A DNA stretch of 43,831 bases from a virus (IMGVR_UViG_2711768019_000013), one strand, 5' to 3'. Shown: positions 11,580 to 21,473, counted from the first letter of the stretch. Program-made: numbers and translations. Notes: generated from the sequence alone by a model not told the origin.

Positions 11580-11963
11580 TTACGCTCTCCTTAACTGGAT
11601 AGAGTAAACTGATGCGGAAGGATCTACACTTGCTGTAATTACCTCGTATCGTTGTAACTGCCTTGATACAGGATCATAAATCTCAATAATATGGTCGACA
11701 GCTGGTTTATCCGTAACCTCGCATACCAGAGCGGTTAATTTAAGGTCACCATGCAAAATATTAATCCCATCAATTCTGCCCAGCTTATAACGTGTCAACA
11801 CGCCTCGCCCGGTATAGATTGCGGTTGATTCGCCGCCAGTTTCCGTCACAGGATCCCAGTGCCGGTGCGTAACGTAAGAACCAGAAAAATCACTCACGGC
11901 GTCCGCTAAATCCTCATCAAAAGCAGCGGCAACCTCTGACTGAATCTCTTCACGAAGCCCCAT
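11580..11963 (-). CDS. Head-tail adaptor / head closure protein
   Basis: Synteny between capsid and tail genes. Confidence 0.4.
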   Translation of the reverse strand: MGLREEIQSEVAAAFDEDLADAVSDFSGSYVTHRHWDPVTETGGESTAIYTGRGVLTRYKLGRIDGINILHGDLKLTALVCEVTDKPAVDHIIEIYDPVSRQLQRYEVITASVDPSASVYSIQLRRA

Positions 11964-12358
11964 TATCCCCCCCTCACAACCCTGACTTGTGAGCGACTAA
12001 GTCCGTACGGTTTCAGCAGTGCTATCGCAAGCTGTAAATCGGGTTCAAGCAATGCAGTGCTGTTTGCTGGCAACTCAGAAAATGATTTCGATACACTGAC
12101 CCCGTCAGCCGACACGGCTTTACTGATAACAACGCCAGAATCATTTTTCTGCTGAAACAACTTACCGAATGAGGCAATTCTGGCTGCATATGCTCCCGCA
12201 AGTTTTACCTCTTCCGGAATACGGGATGGGTTAATTTTCAGGTTGAAGCCATTAAGCCAGGCATTAGCCATTAAAACAGCTTTATTTTTAGCGTTCTCAC
12301 TCGTCCAGGCGTTCCCAAACGCATTATCAACGTCATCACAGGTCACGTAAGTGATCAT
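11963..12358 (-). CDS. Head-tail connector / DNA packaging protein
   Basis: Synteny; AGGAG ribosome-binding site before ATG 12358. Confidence 0.4.
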   Translation of the reverse strand: MITYVTCDDVDNAFGNAWTSENAKNKAVLMANAWLNGFNLKINPSRIPEEVKLAGAYAARIASFGKLFQQKNDSGVVISKAVSADGVSVSKSFSELPANSTALLEPDLQLAIALLKPYGLSRSQVRVVRGG

Positions 12359-12361
12359 GTG

Positions 12362-12538
12362 TTACTCCTGAGTTTTCCAGCCCATAGCCTTCCAGTTGTC
12401 AACTTCATCAGGATGAACATTAGCGATAGTTGGTGCGCCGGGAAACATCTGATAATCGGTCACCATAACCACTAACTCAATTTGCGTTTTTTGTGCGGCT
12501 TCACGCTGTGCTCTTTGCTCTTTAGTTAATCCGGCCAT
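12362..12538 (-). CDS. Small ORF (58 aa) between capsid and connector genes, not in the track
   Basis: My translation: MAGLTKEQRAQREAAQKTQIELVVMVTDYQMFPGAPTIANVHPDEVDNWKAMGWKTQE; ATG 12536-12538, TAA 12362-12364; a G6 run sits only 3 nt upstream of the ATG. Confidence 0.3.
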   Translation of the reverse strand: MAGLTKEQRAQREAAQKTQIELVVMVTDYQMFPGAPTIANVHPDEVDNWKAMGWKTQE

Positions 12539-12548
12539 ATGCCCCCCA

Positions 12549-12570
12549 TTAAAAATGGGGCCGAAGCCCC
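12549..12570 (-). terminator. Rho-independent terminator-like hairpin just downstream of the major capsid gene
   Basis: Minus strand reads GGGGC-TTCG-GCCCC followed by ATTTTTAAT; 11 nt after the capsid stop (12581-12583). Confidence 0.55.
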
Positions 12571-12580
12571 GTTTGAATGT

Positions 12581-13720
12581 TTAACCAAGAATCAGACAAC
12601 CATGTGCCGGCTTCACTGATGAAACACCCCATGCCAGTCCAACTTCATAGCGCACCTGGCGATACTGACGATACAGTGCAATCTGGAACGTAATCCCTGA
12701 AATCGGGTCCGTAACATTCATTACATCATCAGCATTATCGCCACCTTCCGGCATTGCCGGAGTACGGGATGCCAGCAGAAACGCGTTGCGATCAAACGCC
12801 ATATTTGCAGTAAAGGCCCCAACAACTGTGATGGCAGTATCATCGGCCAGATCCTGACGCAGTCCGGGCGCTGCAAGAGTAATCAGATTGCTGGTCGCTG
12901 CTGCCACAACATACTGATTCGGATCACCAGCGAACGTAACAATCTGACCTGCAGAAATACTCCCCGAACCAGTATCAATGGAAATAAGAACATCGCCTTC
13001 TTTTTTCTCTCCATTCACGAGATAACCAGTTGCAGCAACCTTTGGCGCTCGTTTCACACCTGCCGAACTGTGAATATTGAATCCCTCCAGACGCCCCAAC
13101 ACGCCCTCACGCAGTAGCTGTTCAGTGCCGGATTCATTCACTTTAAACAATACAGACTGTTTTCCGCGCAAATTAGCAATGGCAGTGGAGCCAAGCACCA
13201 TCTGCAGATCGGTTGTCGGTGCGCCGTTATCCTCCAGAACCTGACGAGCCAGAGCAGCATCAGAAAGATCATCTTTAACACCAAACGGCGTTGTCCCTGC
13301 GGTTCCCACGGCGCGGGAAGCACCGAAATACAACGCACCAAGATCAGCCTCAACCTCGTTTGCAAGGGCGCGAAAAGCCTGCTTGAACTGATCAGCCAGA
13401 ATGGTGTTGTAAGTCCCTGAAGGGCCAAGAGCCAGTTGTTCTTCACCATTCCATTTAACCGGTGCCATTTTGGATTTAGTAATTTTTACATCAACAGTGC
13501 CAATATTTTGATCACCGGTATTCGGAGCTGACGGCCCCGGTACGATATCTTCGGTTTTCGCCTCAGGCGCAACTGGCGCGGTTACCGTCTGATCTTTTGC
13601 TGCGGCGTCAGCTTTTGCGTTTTTTGCTACCGCAGGGATAAAACCTACCTGCTCACGGGATACAACATCCAGGGCGGTATAAATAGTCGGGATCAACCCG
13701 GTCAGGGTATTTCCAGCCAT
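12581..13720 (-). CDS. Major capsid protein (start taken at MAGNTLTGLIP, ATG 13720)
   Basis: About 380 aa, downstream of the scaffold gene, followed by a terminator hairpin; the track start at 13813 adds 31 residues with no ribosome-binding site. Confidence 0.6.
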   Translation of the reverse strand: MAGNTLTGLIPTIYTALDVVSREQVGFIPAVAKNAKADAAAKDQTVTAPVAPEAKTEDIVPGPSAPNTGDQNIGTVDVKITKSKMAPVKWNGEEQLALGPSGTYNTILADQFKQAFRALANEVEADLGALYFGASRAVGTAGTTPFGVKDDLSDAALARQVLEDNGAPTTDLQMVLGSTAIANLRGKQSVLFKVNESGTEQLLREGVLGRLEGFNIHSSAGVKRAPKVAATGYLVNGEKKEGDVLISIDTGSGSISAGQIVTFAGDPNQYVVAAATSNLITLAAPGLRQDLADDTAITVVGAFTANMAFDRNAFLLASRTPAMPEGGDNADDVMNVTDPISGITFQIALYRQYRQVRYEVGLAWGVSSVKPAHGCLILG

Positions 13721-13818
13721 AATTAAATATTCCTTAAAAATTTGCGTAATTGTGAATAGATGGAGTAATGAGCTATCCAGCCCTGACACCAGCTCCCATC
13801 CGGAAGCTGACAAATGTG

Positions 13819-14583
13819 TTAATCAACGATTGTGATACCGTCTTTCAATGCGTTTTGCTTACCTGCAACATCCAGTGCATCAAAAGCAGAGCGTTTCATC
13901 GTTTTCTGACCAATATCATGCTGTGTCGGACGGGAGCCGCCGCCATTGTTGCCACTGGCTTTCAGGATGTAGTCTTTCTGAGGGTAATTTTCGACAAGGA
14001 ACTCCAGCGCCTCATCAAACTGCGCCAGTTCGCCAGGCTTCGCGCGGGAATAAATTTTGTTGCCGGAAGCGTCATAAGCAACGATCCTCCCTTCTTCCAC
14101 TTTGAATGCCTGCCCGAAGCGGGCTTGTAATAAATCTGCCGGGATCGCAATTTTATCGGCAATATATTTTGAACCCGCAAAACTACCGCCAATCATAGAA
14201 TCGTAAAGCTGCTTCTCCAGCATCTGAGAGCGTTGCTTTTCTTCATCTAATTGCTGCTGAAAATTTTTCGTAATTTCTGCCTTAACCTGGTCAACCTGTC
14301 CCGCATCGAGCAGCTTTTTCTGGTCGATTTTTGACAGCATTTCCAGTGCCTCGATCGCCTTCTTCGGGTCTTCGATAGCGGCAAACTTAGCCAGTTTTTC
14401 CTCTGCAGCTTCTTTAGCCAGGCGATGATTTTTTGCCTCGCCATTAAGCTCTGTAATTTTTTTTGTCGCCAGCGGTGCATCGAAGCCAATTTCTTTACCA
14501 TCGTCGTGCACATAAACTGGCAGGCCAGCAGTATCAATTTCTGCGTATTGTTTTCCGTTAATCTCGACCGTTTTCAGTTTCAT
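13819..14583 (-). CDS. Head scaffolding protein (start at MKLKTVEING, ATG 14583)
   Basis: Acidic, coiled-coil-rich (EEKLAKFAAIEDPKKAIEALEM...QQLDEEKQRSQMLEKQ), between head morphogenesis and capsid genes. Confidence 0.55.
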   Translation of the reverse strand: MKLKTVEINGKQYAEIDTAGLPVYVHDDGKEIGFDAPLATKKITELNGEAKNHRLAKEAAEEKLAKFAAIEDPKKAIEALEMLSKIDQKKLLDAGQVDQVKAEITKNFQQQLDEEKQRSQMLEKQLYDSMIGGSFAGSKYIADKIAIPADLLQARFGQAFKVEEGRIVAYDASGNKIYSRAKPGELAQFDEALEFLVENYPQKDYILKASGNNGGGSRPTQHDIGQKTMKRSAFDALDVAGKQNALKDGITIVD

Positions 14584-14640
14584 ATTAGTACCTGGTTTAA
14601 GTCTTCCGACAGTTACGCTGCTCACCATCCGGATCGCAGC

Positions 14641-14668
14641 AATAAAAAAGGCCACCCGAAGGTAGCCT
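14641..14668 (-). terminator. Terminator-like hairpin between the head morphogenesis and scaffold genes
   Basis: Plus-strand aggccacc-cgaa-ggtagcct (one mismatch) preceded by aataaaaa, i.e. stem then TTTTTATT on the minus strand. Confidence 0.4.
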
Positions 14669-14687
14669 GTTGTAATAAATGATTTAT

Positions 14688-15803
14688 TTAAATCCCTGCT
14701 TTTCTGAATACCTGTGCATCACGCTCACGGAGCTGCTTCAGCGTCAGCCATTCGCCTTTATCGGTGTAAAATTCATCTGGCGACATACCACCATCCCGAA
14801 TCAGCTTTGCTCGGCTTTCCCCCACAATCTGTTTTTGTCTGGTGTAAGGCTGACGCAAAAACCATTCCCTGTAGGTTGTATCTCCGGCCACCACGCCATC
14901 CATGCTGGCCCGCTCAGCCGGGGAAATATCGCGAACATCAATACCCAGTTCCTTCGCTGATTTCAGAATGAACGTTTCCGTTGAGCGGCAGCAGAAATGA
15001 ATTTTTCCCGGCCCCTGCAAATAAGGCACGCTGTGACCTACAGGTTTATTATTCAGCGTATATTTGAGGCGATCCCTGATTCGACATTGTGGCGTAGTAC
15101 GATTATCAAGCGTTGATAACCATTGCTTACCCTTAATCAAATCATTATTCGCGCTGGCAAAACTCTCACGGGCAGTAGCAGCAAGATGTCCAACCGCTGT
15201 TTTTGCAATGCTGGCCGCATTAGCCCGGCTCATCTGCAATGCACCATCCTGAAATCCCTTACTGACATGTCCCCGAATTTTTCTTGCGATCTGCTCATTG
15301 GTATCCCCCAGCAAAAAACCCTGACGCACTGTATTTGTTATGCGTCTGAGCCGATCCGCCTCAAGATCTGAGGCCCACTCACTGAGCAGTCGTCCCTGGA
15401 ATGGTCGCGCCATTGCAGCGGCATAAAGTGCATCAGGAGAGATACCAACCAGAGGGTGAACATCAGCAACAAAATCAGGTAGCATAGAATCAAACAGACT
15501 TAACTGATAACCAGCCTCATAAATTGCCAGCTCGTTCAGCTCTCCGGAGAGACTGGTAAACATGCTGTTAATAGCAGTGCGGTTAACCTCTCTGACGCTC
15601 GCCAGAAGTGACTCCAGGCGCTTAACGGTAAAACTACCTGGATCGAGGCTGTCCAGTGCTATCAGCAGGCGAGCAGTAAGTTCCGCATCGCTGTCATTCA
15701 GTATTTTCACCATTCTGGCAGCCACGCCAGTGCTATAGCGGGATATCCAGACTGCATGAGCAATTGATTCATCACGCAGCCGTTCATTCACGGTTTGCAT
15801 CAT
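14688..15803 (-). CDS. Phage head morphogenesis protein (Mu F / SPP1 gp7-like minor head protein)
   Basis: 371 aa directly after portal with a 20-nt overlap; family assignment from remembered similarity. Confidence 0.5.
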   Translation of the reverse strand: MMQTVNERLRDESIAHAVWISRYSTGVAARMVKILNDSDAELTARLLIALDSLDPGSFTVKRLESLLASVREVNRTAINSMFTSLSGELNELAIYEAGYQLSLFDSMLPDFVADVHPLVGISPDALYAAAMARPFQGRLLSEWASDLEADRLRRITNTVRQGFLLGDTNEQIARKIRGHVSKGFQDGALQMSRANAASIAKTAVGHLAATARESFASANNDLIKGKQWLSTLDNRTTPQCRIRDRLKYTLNNKPVGHSVPYLQGPGKIHFCCRSTETFILKSAKELGIDVRDISPAERASMDGVVAGDTTYREWFLRQPYTRQKQIVGESRAKLIRDGGMSPDEFYTDKGEWLTLKQLRERDAQVFRKAGI

Positions 15804-17190
15804 TGATTTCCATCAGCATTACACTCTGATTTTTTAATTCATCGATCACTTCCTCTGGACGGGAATCCTGATCGATAAATTTCAACGCCTGCAACACCCG
15901 AACCGCATCAATCTGACGTATATCACCGCCCTGACGCAATGACTGAACAGCCAGCGCGGAGGATGAGTCAAACACCTGGGCAGATACATCCAGTTCAGTG
16001 CGCACATCCACATTGCCACCGCAACTCTCTCCGATCCATTCCGCCATTATCTGGAGAATATTATCGAGGGCATCTTCGAGGGAGTTCGCCATTGTATAAA
16101 GCGGCGAGTTTTCCTGCATTCGCTCTTCATTAGTCTGATCAACAGATTTGGTGGATGTATTTTCAGCACGCAGAAGTTTAGCGCCGGCATGACGCATCTG
16201 ATTTTCCAGCTTCTCAAGTGATGTTTCGCCAGATTCTATCGCTGCGCCACTATGTTCAACATATTCGAGGCCATTTTTTGTTCTGTCCTCAAAAATCGTA
16301 GCGGTGGATGCACCAACCGTCAGTTCTTCATTCCTGTCCAGCCCGTAGGCCACCAGCAATGGAACGCGGGCAACATGAAGAATATTGTCCTGCTCGCTCT
16401 GGCTTTGCCAGTGCTTGATATTCAGCAAGCCAAGATTAAGCAATGGCGGTGTACCACGCATAAATCCTGTTTTCTTCGTGTACAGTGTTACCAGAGGAAT
16501 ATCATCACGGCTGGTATTCCATGACTCATGAAGCGTCCAGACAGATTCGCCATTAGTGCCTTCGCTACGTCGATAAATTTCAACTCGACGGGGCATAATA
16601 TGGCGGATCTGCTCCACCTTCTTCTGCCCGAAATCATCACCATCAATAATGATGACCTCTTTTATACGCAAATCAGTGAGAACAACTTTCCCTTTTTCAA
16701 CTTTCGATTTCCATCCAATAACCTGGCGTGGATTCAGCATCGTAACGTACGGACGACCACCGGTCGCGTTTTCATCGGCTTTTGTCCGAATCTCTTTCAT
16801 ATCCGTTCGTGGATAGTCCACCAGCGCATGTGCCACACCATACTGAAATGCGAGGCTGAAAAATTGCTGCGCCCACACATCCAGTCGGCTCCCCTCCATG
16901 TCGATATTTTCTGCATATTCCCTGATTTTTGCCGGCGTTTCCTCACTCAATACTGTCGGCTCTGCAAATATGCGCCCAATATTTTGCTTGATGCTTTCTT
17001 CATACACAGGAAGTAGCGTAGCCACAGACAGGCGTTTTTTATAAGCGTCTTCATCTTCGTTAGGCCATTTTGGGAGATAATTTTCCCCCTGCCTGCGCAT
17101 TTCAAGCGTACCGCCCATCAGTGCGTCGTTAATATCCCACGCCTCCAGCATATCGTTATAGTCGAGGTTGGGTGTTGATATATCAGCCAT
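15784..17190 (-). CDS. Portal protein
   Basis: 468 aa immediately downstream of the terminase large subunit; acidic C-terminal region. Confidence 0.6.
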   Translation of the reverse strand: MADISTPNLDYNDMLEAWDINDALMGGTLEMRRQGENYLPKWPNEDEDAYKKRLSVATLLPVYEESIKQNIGRIFAEPTVLSEETPAKIREYAENIDMEGSRLDVWAQQFFSLAFQYGVAHALVDYPRTDMKEIRTKADENATGGRPYVTMLNPRQVIGWKSKVEKGKVVLTDLRIKEVIIIDGDDFGQKKVEQIRHIMPRRVEIYRRSEGTNGESVWTLHESWNTSRDDIPLVTLYTKKTGFMRGTPPLLNLGLLNIKHWQSQSEQDNILHVARVPLLVAYGLDRNEELTVGASTATIFEDRTKNGLEYVEHSGAAIESGETSLEKLENQMRHAGAKLLRAENTSTKSVDQTNEERMQENSPLYTMANSLEDALDNILQIMAEWIGESCGGNVDVRTELDVSAQVFDSSSALAVQSLRQGGDIRQIDAVRVLQALKFIDQDSRPEEVIDELKNQSVMLMEINDANRE

Positions 17191-17192
17191 AA

Positions 17193-18503
17193 TTAAATCC
17201 GAAGTGATGTGACTCTTCCGGTCGGTTTGACAATAGGGAATTGCTTAACGATGAAATAACCTCCGGCATCATTCGGGTGATCATTGCCAGATTTTTTATC
17301 AGGCTCCCCCTTCTCATCCCAGACCTGTTGCTCCAGAGATTCGGCATATAACGGGCAACGCTTCACATTAACTTTATAGCGACGCTCACCATTGGCATTG
17401 CAGAACATTGCATTCATTGAGTTAACGCGATCTTTTACTGGCGGGTTCGAGCTGTTCACCACAACGTTAAAACCAGCCTGCTTAAGCTGGGCTATATCCG
17501 TCGTACTTGCGTTACTTGATTTTCTGGAATCCCCGGAAGCATCTGGATAAATATAAATTTCCCTCACTTTCCGGTAATCATTCCCATCATACAGCCAGAA
17601 GCGTTCTTTAATGATGCGGATCATATCCGGCGTATCGTAGGCATTGATGATTTCAGTTACCGCACATGGAAGCCCCAAACGCAGCACATGGACGATTCCC
17701 GCCATCTTTCCAACGTTAAAATCCATCCCAATATAAATCGGCTCCCCTGGCTGCTCCACTTCTTCGCAATTATTCAGTTTCCGGTCAAACTGATGGTAAA
17801 CAGTACCACTTGTCAGGTTAGTAAACTGTCCTCGAAGATAGGCTTTAATCAGCTCTGGAGGGTATGATTCAAGAAGCGAAGGAATGTAATCTGCTGGCAG
17901 GTTCTTTTCATTATCGAAAGTAGATGCCTGCACCAGACCATACAGTGAGGCCAGCTCTGTTTTTTCACGCACGGCTTTAACAAACTGCTCGTAGACAAAT
18001 TTGAATCCTTCCGGCGTGGTTGTAACGTCAATACCGTTGCGAAGTCCATCAATCTTATAACGCATACGTGCAATTATCTTGCGCCACGCCGTTCTGGCTT
18101 TTTCCTTCGGCAAAATGTCCAGTTCATCCACCAACGCATTACCAATTTTGAAACCGACGATCGTTTGTGGCTTCTCCATCGATCTGCAGATAGTGGTTCC
18201 CCGATACTGGCGTCCGTAATAAAAGTGAACCTCTTTATTTCCCTCATTAATTTTTACGTTCAATCCCCAGTCAGCAGCAACTTCTTCCACTGTAGGGTAA
18301 AAAATATCGCGAATTTGGGGATACGTTGGCGCAAAATATCCCTGATTTATACCTGGATGCTCCCAAATCCCCTTGCATATGCCGCCACACCCAACCCATG
18401 TTTTGCCCGAGCCAAAACCAGCAATATAGGCTTTAAATTTATGGGGCATTGAAAGAAATCGCGCCTGAGGCACATTAAGCGTCGGAGAGATCATCTTCAT
18501 CAC
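17193..18503 (-). CDS. Terminase large subunit
   Basis: Walker A-like AGFGSGKT near the N-terminus; 436 aa; acidic nuclease-type motifs later. Confidence 0.75.
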   Translation of the reverse strand: MMKMISPTLNVPQARFLSMPHKFKAYIAGFGSGKTWVGCGGICKGIWEHPGINQGYFAPTYPQIRDIFYPTVEEVAADWGLNVKINEGNKEVHFYYGRQYRGTTICRSMEKPQTIVGFKIGNALVDELDILPKEKARTAWRKIIARMRYKIDGLRNGIDVTTTPEGFKFVYEQFVKAVREKTELASLYGLVQASTFDNEKNLPADYIPSLLESYPPELIKAYLRGQFTNLTSGTVYHQFDRKLNNCEEVEQPGEPIYIGMDFNVGKMAGIVHVLRLGLPCAVTEIINAYDTPDMIRIIKERFWLYDGNDYRKVREIYIYPDASGDSRKSSNASTTDIAQLKQAGFNVVVNSSNPPVKDRVNSMNAMFCNANGERRYKVNVKRCPLYAESLEQQVWDEKGEPDKKSGNDHPNDAGGYFIVKQFPIVKPTGRVTSLRI

Positions 18504-19569
18504 TCCTTACTCTGGCATCAACCACATTAATATTGATCGCCACAGGCTGGGGATGTTCATTATCTTCCACCGTTTCGATCTCTTTGCGCAGCTTCTGGTT
18601 TTCCATTCTGCGCCGTTCAATTTCCAGTTCCCGTAGCCGCTTATCTGCACATAAAGCCCCGCCAGCAGAAAACAAACGCAACAATTCACGCCGGGCGGCA
18701 GCCTTATCCTCCAGCAGGATCTCAACGCCGAATTTTCCGAATTTTGCCCCTGCATATAATTGCCGCGCATCCCCATCAAGCAGAGTGGTATCAGCCATAT
18801 AAAGCTGTCCCGTTCCCTCACCGCAGCACTTCGGGCAGTCCGGATTGGGTATGGCGTTATCAACAAAGCCGAGGCCTCCATATTCCGGTTCGGGTTTGCC
18901 ATCTCTGGAAGCCTGCGCCGCTGCCTTGTCGAATTCTGCTATATCGCGCCACTGGTAGAGATGATTCTCGCCCCAGCAATAACGGCAGTTAACACGGCGA
19001 AATTGTGCAAGCTGATTGGGGTCGGCCAGGACAATAGCCATCAACTGACTCACTAGTAAATCCAGGTCTGCGGTATAGCGTTTCTGGTACTGATTGCGGA
19101 AGTAGCTGATAGCGCGAAAAACCCTGGCATTTCTAAGCATACGACTGGCGTTGCTGTTAGCTGTCGCACCTTGCCCCTCATAACCGGCTAGTCGGTACGC
19201 CTCTGTCGGCTTTTTACCCTGAGCAACAAGCATCGCAAACTTAGCCTGCTGGTCAGAAATGCCGAATTCATCGGGACAGAACGAAAATTCCTCCGCGTCG
19301 CCCTCATTCAGGCCCGCATCGAATACTGGCTTTTTTTCCTGAGATTTTTCGTTCCGCTTTTGTGCAGTCTGCGCAGATTTTTTCTGCGCACTTTTTTGCG
19401 CAGTTTTGCACATTTCTGTCTGCGCATTTTTCGGAGTTTTTTTGATGTAACGACGGGCTGTTGCGTAATTCAGTCCCCTTGCTTCACACCATGCCACCGG
19501 AGATATACCGGAGCGGGTGTATTCAGCAATATACTCCTGCTGCAACGCCCCCCAGTCCGGTCTGCTCAT
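18475..19569 (-). CDS. Terminase small subunit (Terminase_2-like) with HTH N-terminus and low-complexity linker
   Basis: N-terminal HTH-like segment; KKSAQ-type repeats; ...EAYRLAGYEGQGATANSNASRMLRNARV... recalls small-terminase motifs. Confidence 0.55.
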   Translation of the reverse strand: MSRPDWGALQQEYIAEYTRSGISPVAWCEARGLNYATARRYIKKTPKNAQTEMCKTAQKSAQKKSAQTAQKRNEKSQEKKPVFDAGLNEGDAEEFSFCPDEFGISDQQAKFAMLVAQGKKPTEAYRLAGYEGQGATANSNASRMLRNARVFRAISYFRNQYQKRYTADLDLLVSQLMAIVLADPNQLAQFRRVNCRYCWGENHLYQWRDIAEFDKAAAQASRDGKPEPEYGGLGFVDNAIPNPDCPKCCGEGTGQLYMADTTLLDGDARQLYAGAKFGKFGVEILLEDKAAARRELLRLFSAGGALCADKRLRELEIERRRMENQKLRKEIETVEDNEHPQPVAININVVDARVRSDEDDLSDA

Positions 19570-19572
19570 CAG

Positions 19573-19824
19573 TTAGTCCTGATTTTTATCCACCCTGAGT
19601 AGTTCGCGCAGAGCAAAGGCATCCCCTTTTCTGGCAAGCTTAAACAATGCCGCTCGTAACTCGGCTTCACCTTTCGCTCTGCCCTTACGGATGGCCGCAT
19701 AAAAATCTGTCATTGCTTCCCGATTTTCTTTCAGTCGGTTCAGATCAACATCCAGAACGTCAGCGATTTGTTGTGCAGTCATCCGGCACGCTGCCAGAGA
19801 CTCGACTTTCGAATACGGAATCAT
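19573..19824 (-). CDS. Small HTH-like protein upstream of terminase (possible start at ATG 19782, MTAQQIADVLDV)
   Basis: 83-aa ORF; the track start overlaps the upstream gene by 65 nt. Confidence 0.35.
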   Translation of the reverse strand: MIPYSKVESLAACRMTAQQIADVLDVDLNRLKENREAMTDFYAAIRKGRAKGEAELRAALFKLARKGDAFALRELLRVDKNQD

Positions 19825-20692
19825 TTGTCACCCCCATTGATATGCAGGGTGTCTTCTTCCTGTATTTTTCGTGAAGGATTTTTACTGCAGCGTTGTTCCA
19901 GGTGACCTGATGGTGAATGCGTTTATGACTGGCACCCATAAGTGAGATTTTTACGCACGACGGCGCATACATGACGGAGTAAAAACTTTTAACGTAGGTT
20001 CCGGAATCCAGATACAGCTCGGTCATTCCGCCGCTGTTTTTCTGCGTCTGTTTCTGCCCTAACTGGACAGCACCGATCGTCATAAACAATTCACCACAGC
20101 GACCGAGATTCGTGTACGTATTCACATCCTCGTTAATGCGCCCCATGAATGAGAACGGTCGATCAACCGAACAGATAAAGCTGTTCATTGCCTTGCGTTT
20201 CACCCACGAAGCATGGCCGCCATTGTCACCAAGAAAATCCCCGCCCTGCGACATAGCGATGGAAAGAGCAGGTATTGATTCGTAGTACGCAAGCATTTCA
20301 GAAAGGATCTCATCCAGTTTCCTTATCGGGAAATAGGCCTGGTCATAGTTGCGATCCACCCGAAACTGGAACTCGTGATAATCATCATCGAGCTGAATGA
20401 AGTATTTACACCCGACCAGTTTTGCCTGGTCGAAACAGGCATTACGGGCGTAAAAAATTGAGCGGCGGTCACTAAAATTATCGGCTTCGTCAAAACGACT
20501 AGCAATATCGGCTTTGGAAAATACCAGCACCTGTTCACCAAATTCAGCCATGTACTGATGCCGTGTCTTATCTTCATCATCAACAACGATAAAAATTTTC
20601 CCGGTATAGCCAGCACGACGCAACGTCCGGTAAGTCAGAACTTTGTCCGGTCGCCCGTGAGTCAGAATAAAGGCGCAAAAATCATCACGCAT
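19760..20692 (-). CDS. GT-A fold (family 2-like) glycosyltransferase-like protein
   Basis: CAFILTHGRPDKV...KIFIVVDDEDK and later KYFIQLDDDY match the GT2 N-terminal strand, DD and DxD motifs as I remember them; start ATG 20692 overlaps the ParB-like stop (ATGCGTGA) with GGAGGAGG upstream. Confidence 0.5.
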   Translation of the reverse strand: MRDDFCAFILTHGRPDKVLTYRTLRRAGYTGKIFIVVDDEDKTRHQYMAEFGEQVLVFSKADIASRFDEADNFSDRRSIFYARNACFDQAKLVGCKYFIQLDDDYHEFQFRVDRNYDQAYFPIRKLDEILSEMLAYYESIPALSIAMSQGGDFLGDNGGHASWVKRKAMNSFICSVDRPFSFMGRINEDVNTYTNLGRCGELFMTIGAVQLGQKQTQKNSGGMTELYLDSGTYVKSFYSVMYAPSCVKISLMGASHKRIHHQVTWNNAAVKILHEKYRKKTPCISMGVTNDSVFESRVSGSVPDDCTTNR

Positions 20693-21473
20693 ATTCCTCC
20701 TCCCCGCCATGCATGATCTCCACCATGCGCTGCGTCATTCGGACAAATCCATTTTCAATAGCCTGCTGATAATCAATGATCACCAGCGCCGACTCCTCGA
20801 AAAGGCACTGAATTTCAGCGGGGGCATGAGCGTAATAGTCCGCAATTCTGCTGAAATTAAACACCGTGTGACGTTCTGCTGCACACAGGAGGAATTTCTC
20901 AATATCAGGATCAAGGGACGCCGAACGTATCCGGCTGATCAGCTCCTGAGTTTTCGTATCGTCGTACAGTTCACTGATATCCGGTTTACCGCCTGACGGC
21001 TCATAAACAGGCGTATCAATTTTCGTCGTATACGGCTCCTCCTCATTTCCTGTACCGGGCAAAACATCCGTCAACAGTTCATCAATTTCTGCCGGGATGA
21101 AGCCTGTCAGGGAGACATCAAAATCAGCATTGATTAGGTCCGACAGCTCCATCCGCAACAGATCTTCATCCCAGCCAGCATTCATCGGCAGGCGATTATC
21201 TGCCAGGCGGTACGCCTTTTTCTGCTCATCCGTCAGGCCAGACAGAACAATGACCGGAACAGAATCCATTTTGAGCATTTCAGCCGCCATAACACGACCG
21301 TGACCCGCAATAATTTCGCCCTTTTCGTCAATCAGCACCGGATTAGTCCAGCCGAATTGCTTAATACTTTCTACCAGTTGTGCCACCTGCTCAGTACTGT
21401 GCGTCCTGGCGTTGTGCGCATACGGTGACAATTCTTGTAATGGGCGATAGACTATCTTTAATTTCTCGCTCAT
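20685..21473 (-). CDS. ParB-like nuclease domain protein
   Basis: N-terminal ...NPVLIDEKGEIIAGHGRVMAAEML... matches the ParB/sulfiredoxin N-domain pattern; acidic C-terminus. Confidence 0.65.
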   Translation of the reverse strand: MSEKLKIVYRPLQELSPYAHNARTHSTEQVAQLVESIKQFGWTNPVLIDEKGEIIAGHGRVMAAEMLKMDSVPVIVLSGLTDEQKKAYRLADNRLPMNAGWDEDLLRMELSDLINADFDVSLTGFIPAEIDELLTDVLPGTGNEEEPYTTKIDTPVYEPSGGKPDISELYDDTKTQELISRIRSASLDPDIEKFLLCAAERHTVFNFSRIADYYAHAPAEIQCLFEESALVIIDYQQAIENGFVRMTQRMVEIMHGGEEEYA

